64,000 nt of DNA from Candidatus Marinacidobacterales bacterium (GCA_965226495.1 OZ245365.1:4576001-4640000); one strand, 5' to 3'. Counted from the first letter of the stretch, positions 50,801 to 61,724 are shown. The notes: generated by a model from the sequence alone, not told the origin. Numbers and translations are program-made.

Positions 50801-51130
50801 CCTGAGCTTCTGTCGCGGGCTGAGGACATTGAGCTGCGACTCAAAGACGTCCAGAAGAAGCTGGAAGGCGATCCGGTCGTCCGGCGGCTGCGAGAACCGC
50901 AGACGCCCTCGATCGTCGGGCGCATCTCCCAGATCACCTACGGTTCGTGGAAGTCGACTTACGGGCCCACCGAAACCCATCGCCAGAGCTTGGAACTTGC
51001 CGCCGAAGAGTTCGCGGAGGCGAGCGCGGAACTCCGGCGACTCACCGAGACGGATATCAAACAACTGGAGTCAGTATTGGAACAGGCCGGCGCGCCTTGG
51101 ACACCTGGTCGGGCCGCTCCGCAGGATTAG
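47843..51130 (+). CDS. VPS10/sortilin-like (BNR repeat) secreted glycosyl-hydrolase-like protein
   Basis: RGIGPALMSGRI, multiple SxDxGxTW Asp-boxes. Confidence 0.88.
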   Translation: MHRIIFLVFLLPITLAAHSPAVASTQSGTSQLKAETFKGLALRGIGPALMSGRIADIAVHPRDRSTWYVAVGSGGVWKTTNGGTTWTPIFDGESSYSVGCVAIDPQNPEVVWVGSGENVSGRHVGYGDGVYRSRDGGKTWSNVGLEASEHIGKILIDPRDSDVVYVAAEGPLWAAGGDRGVYKTQDGGETWNHVLEISENTGVTDLELDPRNPDVLYAAAYQRRRHIWSLLAGGEESGIYKTTNAGADWRELDNGLPSGDMGRIGLAVSPIEPDIVYATIEAGEDDKGFYRSANAGESWEKRSDYISNGTGPHYYQEIYASPHKLDRIYQMDVWIRVSEDGGKTFEKLGAPDKHSDNHALAFDPGDPDYLLAGCDGGLYQSWDHAESWSFVANLPVTQFYKMAIDNDYPFYNVVGGTQDNNTQVGPSQTGNQNGIQNSDWYVTVGGDGYACQIDPSDPNIIYSESQYGGLMRYDRRNGELLDIKPQPAKGDPPERWNWDSPIFISPHSHTRLYFGSQRLWRSEDRGDSWTPVSGDLSRDRNRYELEMMGRVWSVDALYDNGAMSWYGNTTAISESPLEEGLIYVGTDDGIIQVTEDGGGSWRRIDTFPGVPELAFVSEIKASVHDANTVFVVLDNHKVGDFKPYILKSSDRGATWRSISGDMPARHIVWSIVQDHVDASLLFAGTEFGIFFTVDGGAHWVRLEGGLPTIPFRDLEIQRRESDLVGASFGRGFYILDDYSPLRRLSAATLTADAHLFPVKNALLYVPSIPLGLRGKASLGGSHFMAPNPPFGAVFTYYLKDSPKSSKELRRDGEKEIREKGGDVPFPGWETLEREDREEEPSIILTVKDNDGNVVRRISGPSGKGFHRVAWNLRYPAPNPTDVDPPAVTSPWQRQPQGPLAMSGQYSVELSKLVNGKLECVAESQSFQVVPLENSTLPPQNREAVRAFEKKTADLARKALGAVDATEEALNRIEHLKQAILDTPGASPELLSRAEDIELRLKDVQKKLEGDPVVRRLREPQTPSIVGRISQITYGSWKSTYGPTETHRQSLELAAEEFAEASAELRRLTETDIKQLESVLEQAGAPWTPGRAAPQD

Positions 51131-51329
51131 TAGTAACGATGGAATCGATAATCGACGTTATCGCCGCATTCCACGAGCCCCCTCACCGACGCCTGGCCGC
51201 GTTGGCTCTTTGCAACCCGCCGCTTCGGCGTCCCCTCTCGGCGGACGACCTCTCCCCCACGGTTGGGGGAGAGGTAATAGAGGTGGTACCAGCTTCGTTG
51301 GTACAGCCTACTACGAGGTCTATTCTTAG

Positions 51330-51995
51330 ATGGATACTCTGAAGAACCTTCTCCTCACCTGGGGCATTCCGGGTCTGTTTTTTATCGCGCTCTTGGACTC
51401 CGCTGGAGTGCCCCTTCCGGGTGGCCCCGATGCGGTGGTGATGCTGCTCAGCTGGCAGCGCCCCAACTTGATACTTTTCATCGCGCTTGCCGCCGCCGTC
51501 GGCTCCACGGTGGGGAACTGGCTCCTCTACCAAGTTGGGAGAAAGGGTGGCGGAGCCGCGCTCTCTCGCTTCGACGCCAAGAAGAGAGAGTGGGTGGCGG
51601 ACAAGCTCAAGCGGAACGACTTCTTGGCGATCCTGATCGCGATGCTCGGCCCGCCGCCGTTCCCCACCAAGATCTTCATCCTCATGGCCGGCGCTTTCGA
51701 GATGCGCATGGGACGTTTCCTGCTCGCGGTCTTCGGGGGACGTTTCGTGCGCTTCCTCGGTGAAGCCTATCTGGGAGCGCGATTCGGTGACGAGGCGGCC
51801 GAGATCCTGGCGAACCACTACGGGACGATCGCTCTCGTTTTGGTTGGAGTGGTCGTGGGTTGCCTGCTAGTACGGTACCTTTGGTCTAGCGGGGTGCTCA
51901 AGAATTCACTGCACCCCGCGCGAGGAGCCATCAGCGGTCCCGAAGCCGCCCGCCGGCGAAGGGACGACGGTGGGGGTGGGGCCCCACCACACTGA
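51330..51995 (+). CDS. DedA/VTT (YqaA-like) membrane protein
   Basis: LDSAGVPLPGGPD, PPPFPTK; tail runs into a repeat. Confidence 0.82.
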   Translation: MDTLKNLLLTWGIPGLFFIALLDSAGVPLPGGPDAVVMLLSWQRPNLILFIALAAAVGSTVGNWLLYQVGRKGGGAALSRFDAKKREWVADKLKRNDFLAILIAMLGPPPFPTKIFILMAGAFEMRMGRFLLAVFGGRFVRFLGEAYLGARFGDEAAEILANHYGTIALVLVGVVVGCLLVRYLWSSGVLKNSLHPARGAISGPEAARRRRDDGGGGAPPH

Positions 51996-52106
51996 TAAAG
52001 GAGCGAGCCCGGCCCGAACGGACCGACGACAGTTAGCCGAGCAGAGCCGTCAGCCGTCCCGAAGCCGCCTAGTCGGCGAAGGGACGAGCCGTGGGGGTGG
52101 GGCCCC
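51932..52106. repeat. Two ~55-bp direct REP-like repeats
   Basis: 51932-51985 and 52051-52106, TCCCGAAGCCGCC...GGCGAAGGGACGA..GTGGGGGTGGGGCCCC. Confidence 0.75.
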
Positions 52107-52169
52107 GCGGCCGTGATTGAGGAGCGAGGCGCCAAGCGCGCGAACGAAGAGTGAGCGCGCATTGAGGCG

Positions 52170-53714
52170 CTAGATTTCAAGAGCCTGCGCCAACGCCTTG
52201 ACACCCTTCTTGATGTCCTTCTCATCCAAGCAGGCGTAGCCCATCACCAAGCCCGACCTCTTACGAGGGCCGAGGTAATAACGGGATAGGGGTGCGACGT
52301 CTACGCCCAGCTCGGCCGCCTTCTCCGCAACCGTCACATCCCTGGTAGCTGACCCCGGTTTGCACAAAATTGGATCTGACCCCTGTAATAAAACTGGATC
52401 TGACCCCGGTTTGTGCAGCTCTGCAATAAGGTGCATTCCGGCTTCGGCCGGCTCGACGGACAGGCGACCAGCCAGCTGGCGCCGCACTTCCTTCACCAAC
52501 GCGGCTTGTCGCTCGCGGTAGAGCCGACGCATGCGGCGGATGTGGGAACCGAAATGACCGCCATCAATAAAATCGGTGACCACCGCCTGGGTCAGCGTGG
52601 TGCTGTGGCGATCCACGAAACTGCGGGCGGCGATGAGCGGTTCCACGAGATCCGGTGGTGCGACAAGATAGCCAAGCCTCAGCGAAGGGAACAGCACTTT
52701 CGTAAAGGTACCGACGTAGATCACACGCGCCGTGTTGTCGAGACCTTGTAGCGAGGCAAGCGGCCGCCCCTTGTATCGGTACTCGCTATCGTAGTCGTCC
52801 TCGATGATCCAAGCACCCGCGGAGCGTGCCCAATCGAGAAGCGCGAAGCGGCGGGCGAGACTCAGAGTAGAGCCGAGCGGATATTGACGCGATGGGGTGA
52901 CGTAGGCCAATCGCGCATCCGGAGCCAACTCGATTCCGGTTTCGACTTGTAGCCCCTCGTCGTCGACGGGTACCGGCACTAACGAAAGCCCCGCCGCGGT
53001 GAAGGCGCCCCGCGCCCCGAGATAACCAGGCTCCTCGAGCCAGATGGCGTCTCCCGGATCGGTGAGGACTCTGACCGCGATGTCGAGGGCTTGCTGCGAG
53101 CTCGTATTGATGATGATCTGGTCCGGCTCACACTGAACCCCGCGAGCCCCGGCCAAGTACGTGGCGATGGCTTCGCGAAGCGGTCGGTAGCCCGCCGGAT
53201 CGCCGTAACAAAGATTCTCGCGACTCACGCGACGACTGCGTCGAGACAACAGCCGATGCCATAGATCGACGGGAAACTGATCGACGGCGGGGACACCGGT
53301 AGCAAACGGTCGTGGGTTCATCGCATCTCGGCCGATGGGTGTCCGGCTGATGGCTTTCCCCCGAGCTGAGATCGATCGTCCTTTCACCGATCGGGCAGGC
53401 TTGGGTTTGGTGTCGCGCCGGGCGATGGTACCGACGTCCTCGGCGATGGAGGACGCCACGTAGGTACCGTCCCCGAGACGGCTCTCGACATATCCCTCTG
53501 CGACGAGCTGATCTATCGCCACGAGAATCGTGTTGCGCGAAAGGCTCAAGTCATCGGCTAGAGTTCGGCTGGACGGAAGTCGCGCTCCTCGGGGAAGCTT
53601 GCCCTCGAGAATCAGCTCGCGGATCCGTTGATAGACCTGCTGGTACAGGGGCTGGGGGGAGCTCGGATCCACGATGGGTGCCGCAAGTAATGCTCCCATT
53701 GGCCTCTTTGCCAT
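52170..53714 (-). CDS. MocR/GabR-family PLP-dependent transcriptional regulator
   Basis: GntR HTH (LPSSRTLA), IIEDDYDSEY, GTFTKVLFPSLRLGY. Confidence 0.92.
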   Translation of the reverse strand: MAKRPMGALLAAPIVDPSSPQPLYQQVYQRIRELILEGKLPRGARLPSSRTLADDLSLSRNTILVAIDQLVAEGYVESRLGDGTYVASSIAEDVGTIARRDTKPKPARSVKGRSISARGKAISRTPIGRDAMNPRPFATGVPAVDQFPVDLWHRLLSRRSRRVSRENLCYGDPAGYRPLREAIATYLAGARGVQCEPDQIIINTSSQQALDIAVRVLTDPGDAIWLEEPGYLGARGAFTAAGLSLVPVPVDDEGLQVETGIELAPDARLAYVTPSRQYPLGSTLSLARRFALLDWARSAGAWIIEDDYDSEYRYKGRPLASLQGLDNTARVIYVGTFTKVLFPSLRLGYLVAPPDLVEPLIAARSFVDRHSTTLTQAVVTDFIDGGHFGSHIRRMRRLYRERQAALVKEVRRQLAGRLSVEPAEAGMHLIAELHKPGSDPVLLQGSDPILCKPGSATRDVTVAEKAAELGVDVAPLSRYYLGPRKRSGLVMGYACLDEKDIKKGVKALAQALEI

Positions 53715-53880
53715 CCCGACCCTCCGGATCGCGGCGCTAAAATTGGCACCGTCGCTCCCATAATAGCGGATCTTTCGAAGGTACCACTGGCGGCTTATCC
53801 TCTAGGCTGGAGAAACCTGGGATGTCGACCCTCACCCCGGCCCTCTCCCGGAGGGAGAGGGAGTAGCGGACGAAGAGACC

Positions 53881-54804
53881 ATGGTTACGATCGCCTTTGT
53901 TACGAGCCGGGATTGGGCAGAGCTCACACCCGACGATCGGTCGGCCGCCAACTACCTACGCGAGCAAGGAACCGAAGTCTCCCCGGTCCGTTGGGATGAC
54001 GACGATGTCAATTGGGGGTCGTTCGATGTCATCGTGCTCCGCTCGGTCTGGGACTACCATCTTCGGCTCACAGAGTTCCGGGACTGGCTCGCGCGAATGG
54101 ACGTTCTGGGGTGCCCTCTCTTCAATCCATCGCGTTTGGTCAGGTGGAACCTCGACAAGAAATACCTAGTCCAGCTACAGAAGCAAGGTGTTCCCATCCC
54201 CCGAACTCTCTTCTTGAGCAAAGGTGAAACGACGCACCTGTCGGCTCTCTTCGATCGCCTGGACTGCACCGAGCTGGTCATTAAACCGACCGTCTCGGCA
54301 TCGGCCTACCGTCTCGCCCGAGTCTCGCGACAGAATGCTTCCGATGACCAAGTCCGCTTAGATGAGATGCTGAAAGAGCACGACGTCATGGCGCAGCCCT
54401 TCATGACCGAGCTCGCGGAGCACGGGGAATGGTCGCTCGTGTTTTTCAACAAGGAGTTTAGTCACGCGGTGGTCAAGCGCTCGGGGGACGGCGACTTTCG
54501 CGTACAGACAGAGCTCGGGGGGCGAACCGAACGCCAAGAACCTTCTTCGAACCTCCTTGCCCAAGCGGATCGCGTGCTGCAGCAAGTCGACGGCCACCCC
54601 CTCTACGCACGAGTCGATCTGGTGGAAGTCGAAGGCCGCGCGCTGCTGATGGAGCTCGAGCTCATCGAGCCCGAGCTATTCTTCACCTCCGACCCTGAGA
54701 GCCTCGAGCGATTCCGCAGGGCCCTCCGCTCCGTGCTACCGACATGCTATCCTGACGGGTGCTATCGAAGCACCGACCCGCCTTCGCCTTCTTCATTCTC
54801 CTAG
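53881..54804 (+). CDS. ATP-grasp protein (RimK/glutathione synthetase-like)
   Basis: RSVWDY, VIKPTVSA, YARVD, MELELIEP. Confidence 0.85.
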   Translation: MVTIAFVTSRDWAELTPDDRSAANYLREQGTEVSPVRWDDDDVNWGSFDVIVLRSVWDYHLRLTEFRDWLARMDVLGCPLFNPSRLVRWNLDKKYLVQLQKQGVPIPRTLFLSKGETTHLSALFDRLDCTELVIKPTVSASAYRLARVSRQNASDDQVRLDEMLKEHDVMAQPFMTELAEHGEWSLVFFNKEFSHAVVKRSGDGDFRVQTELGGRTERQEPSSNLLAQADRVLQQVDGHPLYARVDLVEVEGRALLMELELIEPELFFTSDPESLERFRRALRSVLPTCYPDGCYRSTDPPSPSSFS

Positions 54805-55523
54805 TCGGCTTCCTCGAGACAGCGAGTGCGCAGGTCCAGCTCTCCACTCCCCGTGATCGCTCGGTTCACGATTTCGCCGGCGTCATATCACCTCAAGATG
54901 CTGCAACGATGGAGAGACTTCACAAGAGGCTCTTCGACCAGACGGGCGTCGCGATCGTCGTCGTCACCGTTCCGCAACTCGAGGGTGAGCCCATCGCAGA
55001 CTTCGCCGTTCGGGTCGGCCAAGACTGGGGTGTGGGACGGACAGGCGAGGATCGCGGCATCGTCGTCGCCCTCGCAACCGAAGACCGGAAAGTGTTCATC
55101 GCCACGGGCTATGGCGTCGAGGGTTACCTCCCTGATGGTCGCGTCGGAAGGATCCTGGATCAATTCGCCATTCCCTCTCTGAGACAAAACGATTGGTCCA
55201 ATGCGATGCTCCAAACCAGCGCAGCGCTCGTTCAAGCAAGCGCGACCGAGTACGGGGGCACCATCGAGGGAACCCCGGAGCTCGCGCCACAACGACGGAA
55301 CCGCCGGGATCGACCGGGGCCGTTTGGTACGGTGCTTGGGCTTTTGTTCATGCTCTTTATGGCGTACTTGTTCATCCGCCATCCGACCCTCTTCATTTTG
55401 CTTCTCCTCTCCGGTCGCGGAGGTGGTAGAGGAGGATTCGGAGGTGGCGGATTCGGCGGCGGTGGCTTCGGAGGTTTCGGCGGAGGAGGCTTCGGCGGCG
55501 GCGGGGCCGGACGAAGTTTCTAG
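54759..55523 (+). CDS. TPM domain protein
   Basis: VHDFAGVI, WGVG, TGYGVEG, Gly/Phe-rich tail. Confidence 0.88.
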   Translation: MLSKHRPAFAFFILLVGFLETASAQVQLSTPRDRSVHDFAGVISPQDAATMERLHKRLFDQTGVAIVVVTVPQLEGEPIADFAVRVGQDWGVGRTGEDRGIVVALATEDRKVFIATGYGVEGYLPDGRVGRILDQFAIPSLRQNDWSNAMLQTSAALVQASATEYGGTIEGTPELAPQRRNRRDRPGPFGTVLGLLFMLFMAYLFIRHPTLFILLLLSGRGGGRGGFGGGGFGGGGFGGFGGGGFGGGGAGRSF

Positions 55524-55541
55524 CGCGCAGGAGGGATTAGA

Positions 55542-56258
55542 ATGGGTTCGGAATTGAAAGACCATCCCACACTAAAGAAGATGCTCACCGATCTCGCGGA
55601 GTCTCTGGGTGACCAACTCCACAGCGTGGTGCTGTACGGATCGACGGCGCGCGGCGACTACGAGAAAGCCACCAGCGACCTGAACTTGATCGTCGTGCTC
55701 GACAATCTAGATCCGTCGACGCTCGAAGCGCTGGAGCCTGCGTTCACTCGCTGGCGCAAGGCGAATCAACCCGTTCCCCGCATCTTCTCCCCTACACTCA
55801 TTGCCGATTCGGCCGACGTGTTCCCGATCGAGTTCTTCGACATCAGCCGGCGACGGATCGTCCTTTACGGGAAGGACCCCTTCGACGAGCTGGAGATCCA
55901 CGTAGACCACCTACGTCACCAGTGCGAAAGGGAGCTTCGCGAAAAGATGATGCGCCTCAGAGAAGCCTTCATCGAGACCCGAGGCAAATCGAAGGCCCTG
56001 AAGCTCCTAATGACAGACTCCTACCCCTCGTTCGTCGCCCTCTTCCGGGGCTGCCTCCATCTTCTGGACGAGGAAGTACCGATCCACAATGAGGAAGTCG
56101 TCGCGACCTTTGGAAGGCTGGCCGCCCTCGACCCGGCTCCCTTTCTCGAAATCGAGCGTCTGCGGGGCGGCGAAACAACCGATTCCGATCCCCGGGCCCT
56201 CTTCGATCGCTACTACCAGGAGCTCACAAAGGCCGTCCACCGCGTGGATCGCTTCTAG
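55542..56258 (+). CDS. Nucleotidyltransferase-domain protein
   Basis: VLYGSTARGD..SDLNL, DVFPIEF. Confidence 0.8.
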   Translation: MGSELKDHPTLKKMLTDLAESLGDQLHSVVLYGSTARGDYEKATSDLNLIVVLDNLDPSTLEALEPAFTRWRKANQPVPRIFSPTLIADSADVFPIEFFDISRRRIVLYGKDPFDELEIHVDHLRHQCERELREKMMRLREAFIETRGKSKALKLLMTDSYPSFVALFRGCLHLLDEEVPIHNEEVVATFGRLAALDPAPFLEIERLRGGETTDSDPRALFDRYYQELTKAVHRVDRF

Positions 56259-56268
56259 CTCCCTCCCC

Positions 56269-56297
56269 TTGACAATCTACAGAGCTCGGTCTATTCT
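56269..56297 (+). promoter_or_regulatory. sigma70 promoter with downstream operator-like dyad
   Basis: TTGACA-17 bp-TATTCT; TAGAC-C-GTCTA dyad overlapping the RBS region. Confidence 0.6.
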
Positions 56298-56322
56298 CCT
56301 GTAGACCGTCTAGGAGAAGAAC

Positions 56323-56655
56323 GTGGCCGAATCTAAAAGCGACCTCTTGCAAGGCACCCTCGATATGCTCATTTTGAAGACCCTGAGTCCGGCCCCGATG
56401 CACGGCTGGGGCATCTCCCAGCGTATCCAGCAGATCTCCAAGGACGTGCTACAGGTGAATCAAGGCTCGCTCTATCCCTCGTTGCATCGACTGGAACGAC
56501 AGGGCTGGATCACCTCGGAGTGGGGAACCTCGGAGAACAACCGCCGGGCCAAGTTCTATCGCGTGACGAGGGCAGGACGTAAACAGCTCACCGAGGAAAC
56601 GGAGAACTGGGAACGACTGTCGGCCGCCATCGCCCGTATCATGCAGACCGTTTAG
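56323..56655 (+). CDS. PadR-family regulator (acidobacterial type)
   Basis: [30 protein letters not shown]. Confidence 0.92.
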   Translation: MAESKSDLLQGTLDMLILKTLSPAPMHGWGISQRIQQISKDVLQVNQGSLYPSLHRLERQGWITSEWGTSENNRRAKFYRVTRAGRKQLTEETENWERLSAAIARIMQTV

Positions 56656-56669
56656 CGTAGGGTGGAGTC

Positions 56670-59319
56670 GTGTTTCGAAAGATCGGCATCGCGTTTCGTA
56701 GCCTTTTCCAAGAAAAACCGAGTCGAAAAGGATCTAGATGAAGAGCTTCGCTTCCACCTCGAGATGCAAACTCGAAAGAATATCGAACGCGGTTTGGATC
56801 CCGAGGAAGCTCACTACGCGGCCCGTCGCACCTTCGGAGGGTTCGAGCAAGTGAAAGAAGACTGCCGAGACCTACGGGGCACCGGATTCATTGAGACTTT
56901 CTGGCAAGACACCCGGTTCGCGGTCCGAACGTTGATGAAGCGGCCGGGCTTCACCGCCATCGTCGTGTTGACGCTCACGCTCGGCATCGGCGCAAACACC
57001 GCCATCTTTAGCGTCATCAACGGCGTCCTCTTGCGTCCGCTCCCCTACGAAGATGGCGAACAGCTGGTCGTCCTACGCCAGCAAGCTCCCTTGGCCGATG
57101 TCGACAACATGCCGTTCTCGGTCAAAGAGATCTTCGACTACCGCGAGCAAAACCAAACGTTGGAAGCGATCGTTGAATACCACACCATGCCATTCATCCT
57201 GCTCGGGCGTGGGGAGCCGGAGCGCGTTCAAACCGGGGTCGTCTCCGCGGAATTTTTCGACGTCTTGAGAGTCCAACCCTACCTCGGCCGGACGTTCCTA
57301 CGTGGAGAGGACGAGATCGGTGCCGATCCGGTCCTCGTGCTGAGCTACGAATTTTGGCAGAGGAACGGTGGCGATCCTGACATCGTGGGCCAGACGTTCG
57401 AGATGAACGATAGAGTGCACACCATCATCGGCGTTCTTCCGCCGGTACCTCAGTTCCCCGACGAAAACGATATCTATATGGCGGTTTCATCTTGCCCGTT
57501 CCGCTCCTCGGATGCTCTGCGCGAGAATCGGAACGGCCGCATGATGCGTGTCTTTGGAAAACTCAAACCCGGATTTTCGCTGGATGAAGCCCAAGCCGAT
57601 CTCTCGACGATCGCCCATCGGCTGGAGGGCGATTACCCGGAGTCCTACCCGAAGGCCCGGGGCTACGCGGTTGCCGCAAACTCCCTACAGGAAGAGCTCA
57701 CGCAGCAAGCTCGGCCAACGCTGCTCGTCCTTCTGGGTACGGTTGCTCTGGTTCTCTTGATCGCCTGCGCCAACGTAGCCAACCTCACGCTGTCTCGCCT
57801 TCTCCGTCGCGAACGCGAGCTTGCCGTCCGTTCGGCCATGGGCGCGAGCCGCGGTCGGTTGCTTCGACAACTGCTCACCGAGAGTACACTGCTAGCCATC
57901 GTGGGCGGTGCCTTCGGTCTGCTCCTTGCCGCCGGCGCGCTCGATGTACTGGCCGCCTTTACCGCCCGGTTCACAGCCCGTGCCGGTGAGATCACGATCG
58001 ACGGGCCGGTTTTACTCTTCACGGTCCTGGTGTCAATTGCAACGGGCGTCGTCTTCGGGTCGATTCCGGCGTTTACCGCGAAGCAAAACCTCGTGACCGC
58101 ACTCAACGAGGGAGGCGGGCGGACCACGAGTGGCTCCGGCAGCCATCGCGTTCGCAGCGTGCTCGTCGTGTCGCAGATCGCGATTTCTCTGATCCTGTTG
58201 ACCGGTGCCGGACTCATGATGCGTAGCTTCATCAAACTGCAGCAAGTGGACGGAGGATTCCAGACGGAGCGAGTTCTAACCCTGCTGCTCGATCTCAACT
58301 GGTCCAAATACGACAACGCAGACAGGCAGAGAGATTTTCACCGTTCTCTCCTTACGAAAGTGCAATCCCTTCCCGGCGTGACTTCGGCCGCAATTACTCG
58401 GACCTTTCCACTGAACGAGATCGGCCCGTTCACTCGGAGGCTCCAAATCGAGGGTCGCCTCGTAGAAGAAGGGCAATTGTTACCGCAAGTCGACATCCAC
58501 ACCGCGAGCCCGGACTACTTCCAGGCGATCAACATACCGTTGGTTACCGGGCGAACGTTCACATCACTTGACCATGCGGAAGCCCCGAGGGTCGCCATGA
58601 TCAACCAATCGCTGGCTGGCCATTATTGGGAACGACAAGACCCGGTCGGCCAGCGTTTGTCGCTCGACGGCGGGGAAACTTGGACGACGATCGTTGGGAT
58701 TCTAGGCGACGTCAGACAGTACGGCCTAGACACCGACGTGGAAGACGTCATCTATCTACCACTCGAACAGTTCCCCAATCGCGTCACGAGCCTGGTCGTA
58801 CGCACCGCCGCCAGCCCGCTCACGATGGGACGTCAGTTGACCAAAGCCGTCTATGAGGTCGACCCCAACCAGCCGGTGGCAAGAGTGCGGACGTTGGAGC
58901 AAGTGCGAAGCGATTCGATCGCGGCGCCTCGCCTGACGACCCTATTGCTTGGTCTCTTCGCGGGGTTGGCGCTCCTCATCACCGCGGCGGGCATCAGTGG
59001 AGTCTTGGCGCTTTCGGTTACCGAAAGGACGCAGGAGATCGGCATCCGCATGGCCTTCGGTGCCACGCGAGCGGATATGCTGAAGATGGTCCTGAAACAG
59101 GGAGCCGTTCTCGTGCTAATCGGACTGGCGTTCGGGATCGCGGGCGCTGTCGCCTTGGCTCAGCTCATGTCCGGCCTGCTCTTCGAAATCGAGCCCACCG
59201 ACCCCATCACATTCCTAGCCGTGTCACTCGTGTTGGCGTTGGTGGCGATCATTGCTTCGGTCCTGCCCGCGCGGCGTGCTACCGGGATCGATCCGATGAG
59301 CGCCCTAAGAAGTAACTAA
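56670..59319 (+). CDS. ADOP-type duplicated ABC permease (MacB/FtsX)
   Basis: DEELRFHL, LGIGANTAIFSV, two FtsX halves; probable start GTG 56670 with a one-base frameshift near 56709. Confidence 0.9.
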
Positions 59320-59460
59320 TATTCCCCCTCTCAGTCTGGGAGACTACGGCGTCAAACATGGCGTGCCGCGGTCAAGTTAGCCAGACGCCGGGTGAGGGAT
59401 AGCGATGATGGCTTCCATCCGTTATTCCCTCTCCCTCTGGGAGAGGGTAGGGTGAGGGCT

Positions 59461-60204
59461 CTAATACCACTCCCGCAACCGCACCTCGATCTCCGGCCGC
59501 TCCTTCAAGGACGCGGTGAACTCGCTTAGATCTGACCCCCGGTAGTGGTACGGGTAGACGATCTTGGGAGCGAACGCCTTCACGCAATCGGCCGCCTCAT
59601 TGGGTGGCATGGTGTAAGGAAGGTTCATCGTCATGAAAGCGACGTCGATGTTCTCGAGCGCGCGGATCTCCGGTACGCATTCGGTGTCGCCTGAGAAATA
59701 GATTCGCTTCCCTCCGAGCGTGAGGATGTAGCCGTTGCCCCTGCCCTTGTCGTGGAAGAGCTTACCCTCCTCGGGCCCGCGGACCAGGTTGTACATCGGA
59801 ACACCTTCTATGGCGACGCCAGCGACCGTCTTGCTCTCACCGTTCGCTAGGACCGTCGGATTTTCGATCTTGGGAGCCGCCGCGGACGGCGCGACGACTG
59901 GCGCCCCCGACTTTCTCAGCTTGTCGATCATCTCCGGATCGAGGTGATCCCCGTGAATGTCGGTCACCAAGATGAGATCTCCTTGTGGTGCGCCCGAGTA
60001 GTCGCCATCGCTCCAGGGATCAACGTAGATGATCTTTCCGCCGTACTCGATCTGGACGCTGCCGTGGGTGATGGGAGTAATCTTGATGTCTCCCCCGCTA
60101 GCAGGAATGGTGTCGGAATCCCCGGCTATTGCCACGATGGCTTGGCCGAGGACGATTGGAAAGACGGTCGCGAATAACGCCATCCCTATCTTCTTAGTCA
60201 TCAT
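59461..60204 (-). CDS. MBL-fold metallo-hydrolase
   Basis: TDIHGDH, SGDT, PYHY; signal peptide. Confidence 0.88.
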   Translation of the reverse strand: MMTKKIGMALFATVFPIVLGQAIVAIAGDSDTIPASGGDIKITPITHGSVQIEYGGKIIYVDPWSDGDYSGAPQGDLILVTDIHGDHLDPEMIDKLRKSGAPVVAPSAAAPKIENPTVLANGESKTVAGVAIEGVPMYNLVRGPEEGKLFHDKGRGNGYILTLGGKRIYFSGDTECVPEIRALENIDVAFMTMNLPYTMPPNEAADCVKAFAPKIVYPYHYRGSDLSEFTASLKERPEIEVRLREWY

Positions 60205-60337
60205 TTAGTCCTCCTTCAGGCGATTGCTCGCCATTGTACTGTTCCCTTCTCTTTGCCATCGCATTGCGCTACTTCGGCCCACAGCCTATAATCGGTGCCC
60301 CTTGAGTCCCCTTGAGTCCCCTTGAGTCAATGACCCG

Positions 60338-60838
60338 ATGACAGTTGCCTTACTTACCCTAAACGTGATCTCGCTCGCCACCATCGCGGCGACGGTCTTC
60401 TATGGCAACATCATTCCGCAAGGAGGCGGAGCACTCGGGCGCCATTTGACCCTGGGACTCATCGCCATCCTTCTCGCTTTGTTTGCCCATACCATGACGT
60501 TTTTCTACTTCATCGGCGTCAGTACGTCCATTCGCAATGCGGTCCAAGACGCCGGGGTCGGTGACGACCAACTCCGGCAGATCCGCCTCCTGAGAAGGCA
60601 GGTATTTCCATGGGCGGGCGGAGCGATGTTGACGCTCATGATCGCCTTCATCCTGGGCGGTGGCGCACACACCATGACGCTGCCGAGCTGGATCCATGGC
60701 GGATTCGGGTATCTGGCGTTCATGAGCGGGCTGGTTGCTTTCATCGTGGAAGCACTCTACCTCATGCGCCAGAACCGGGTCGTGCGCGACTTGGAGGAAG
60801 AGCTTCGATCCAAGACGTCTCACCCCGAGCCGACATAG
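60338..60838 (+). CDS. Hypothetical membrane protein
   Basis: Four hydrophobic segments with His residues. Confidence 0.7.
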   Translation: MTVALLTLNVISLATIAATVFYGNIIPQGGGALGRHLTLGLIAILLALFAHTMTFFYFIGVSTSIRNAVQDAGVGDDQLRQIRLLRRQVFPWAGGAMLTLMIAFILGGGAHTMTLPSWIHGGFGYLAFMSGLVAFIVEALYLMRQNRVVRDLEEELRSKTSHPEPT

Positions 60839-61081
60839 CTTTCCTCACCAGTCTGCCCTCTTGGTTAGGTCCCGTCAGTTTGGTTTGACGGGACCGGGAG
60901 GCAATTCTTGATGACATCCTCGAGGAAACGTCTGACATCTTAGGTTGGGATGCCCGACTCTCCGAAGTAGGATACTCTCACAACGACGACGGAATATTCT
61001 GCAAGTACACAGACTACCTCGCGCGTCGAGTCGATTTGAGCTTGTTTACCGAGCTTCACTTTGCAGAGCGGAAATAGCTAG

Positions 61082-61724
61082 ATGAGAAGGAAGCGCTACC
61101 TCCTGCTGTCACTATCGTTGCTGGTCTCGTCCAGCGCCAGCCCGGCCGTTCTGCCGGAGGCCGATCCAGGGGAAGCCATCTACGACCTGTACTTTCGCGG
61201 CATCCGGACGGTCGAGTTGATCGTAGGTCCTGTCGAGGATGAATCGATAACTTTCAGCATTCGACGCAAGAATTGGCGTACGGACCAATGGGGCACTTCG
61301 GCGTCGACGACGGACGACAAAATTGCGGACGACGAGAGGTTCGAGCTTCCCGGGGCTCTCGAAAAACTCCCCGCCCGCCTACCTGCGATCGGGCAGATCG
61401 ATTGGAAACGCCCACGAGGTGGTAGCTTGGCCCGATAGAACGTCGTTCTACCTGCGAAACCGAGTCATCGAGTCCGAGATCAAGGGCGAAACCGTGAAGG
61501 CGACGCATTGGGCGATGCAGGATGCATCCCGACCCATTGACCTCTTCAAGAAGGGGCACCGCATCCGAATTGCCGTCATGAACGCTCTCGACAACTACTA
61601 CTTCCCTAACTCCAATACCGGGGGTGACGAAGGCACTGCCAGGCACACGGTGATCGGTACTATGCGGATACACCATAGCGCCGACTATCCAAGCCATGTG
61701 TCGCTGCCCGTTCTGTCGCACTAA
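61082..61724 (+). pseudogene. CocE/NonD-like hydrolase remnant
   Basis: Signal peptide ORF plus separate frame with FKKGHRIRIAV...IHHSADYPSHVSLPV. Confidence 0.6.

Noticed and set aside
55420-55510. GGC/TTC-rich repeat
   Set aside because: Normal Gly/Phe-rich tail of TPM-domain proteins.
60298-60328. CCCTTGAGTC x3 tandem repeat as an eleventh promoter copy
   Set aside because: Shares only AGTCAA; lacks the spacer and -10 box. A simple 10-bp tandem repeat.
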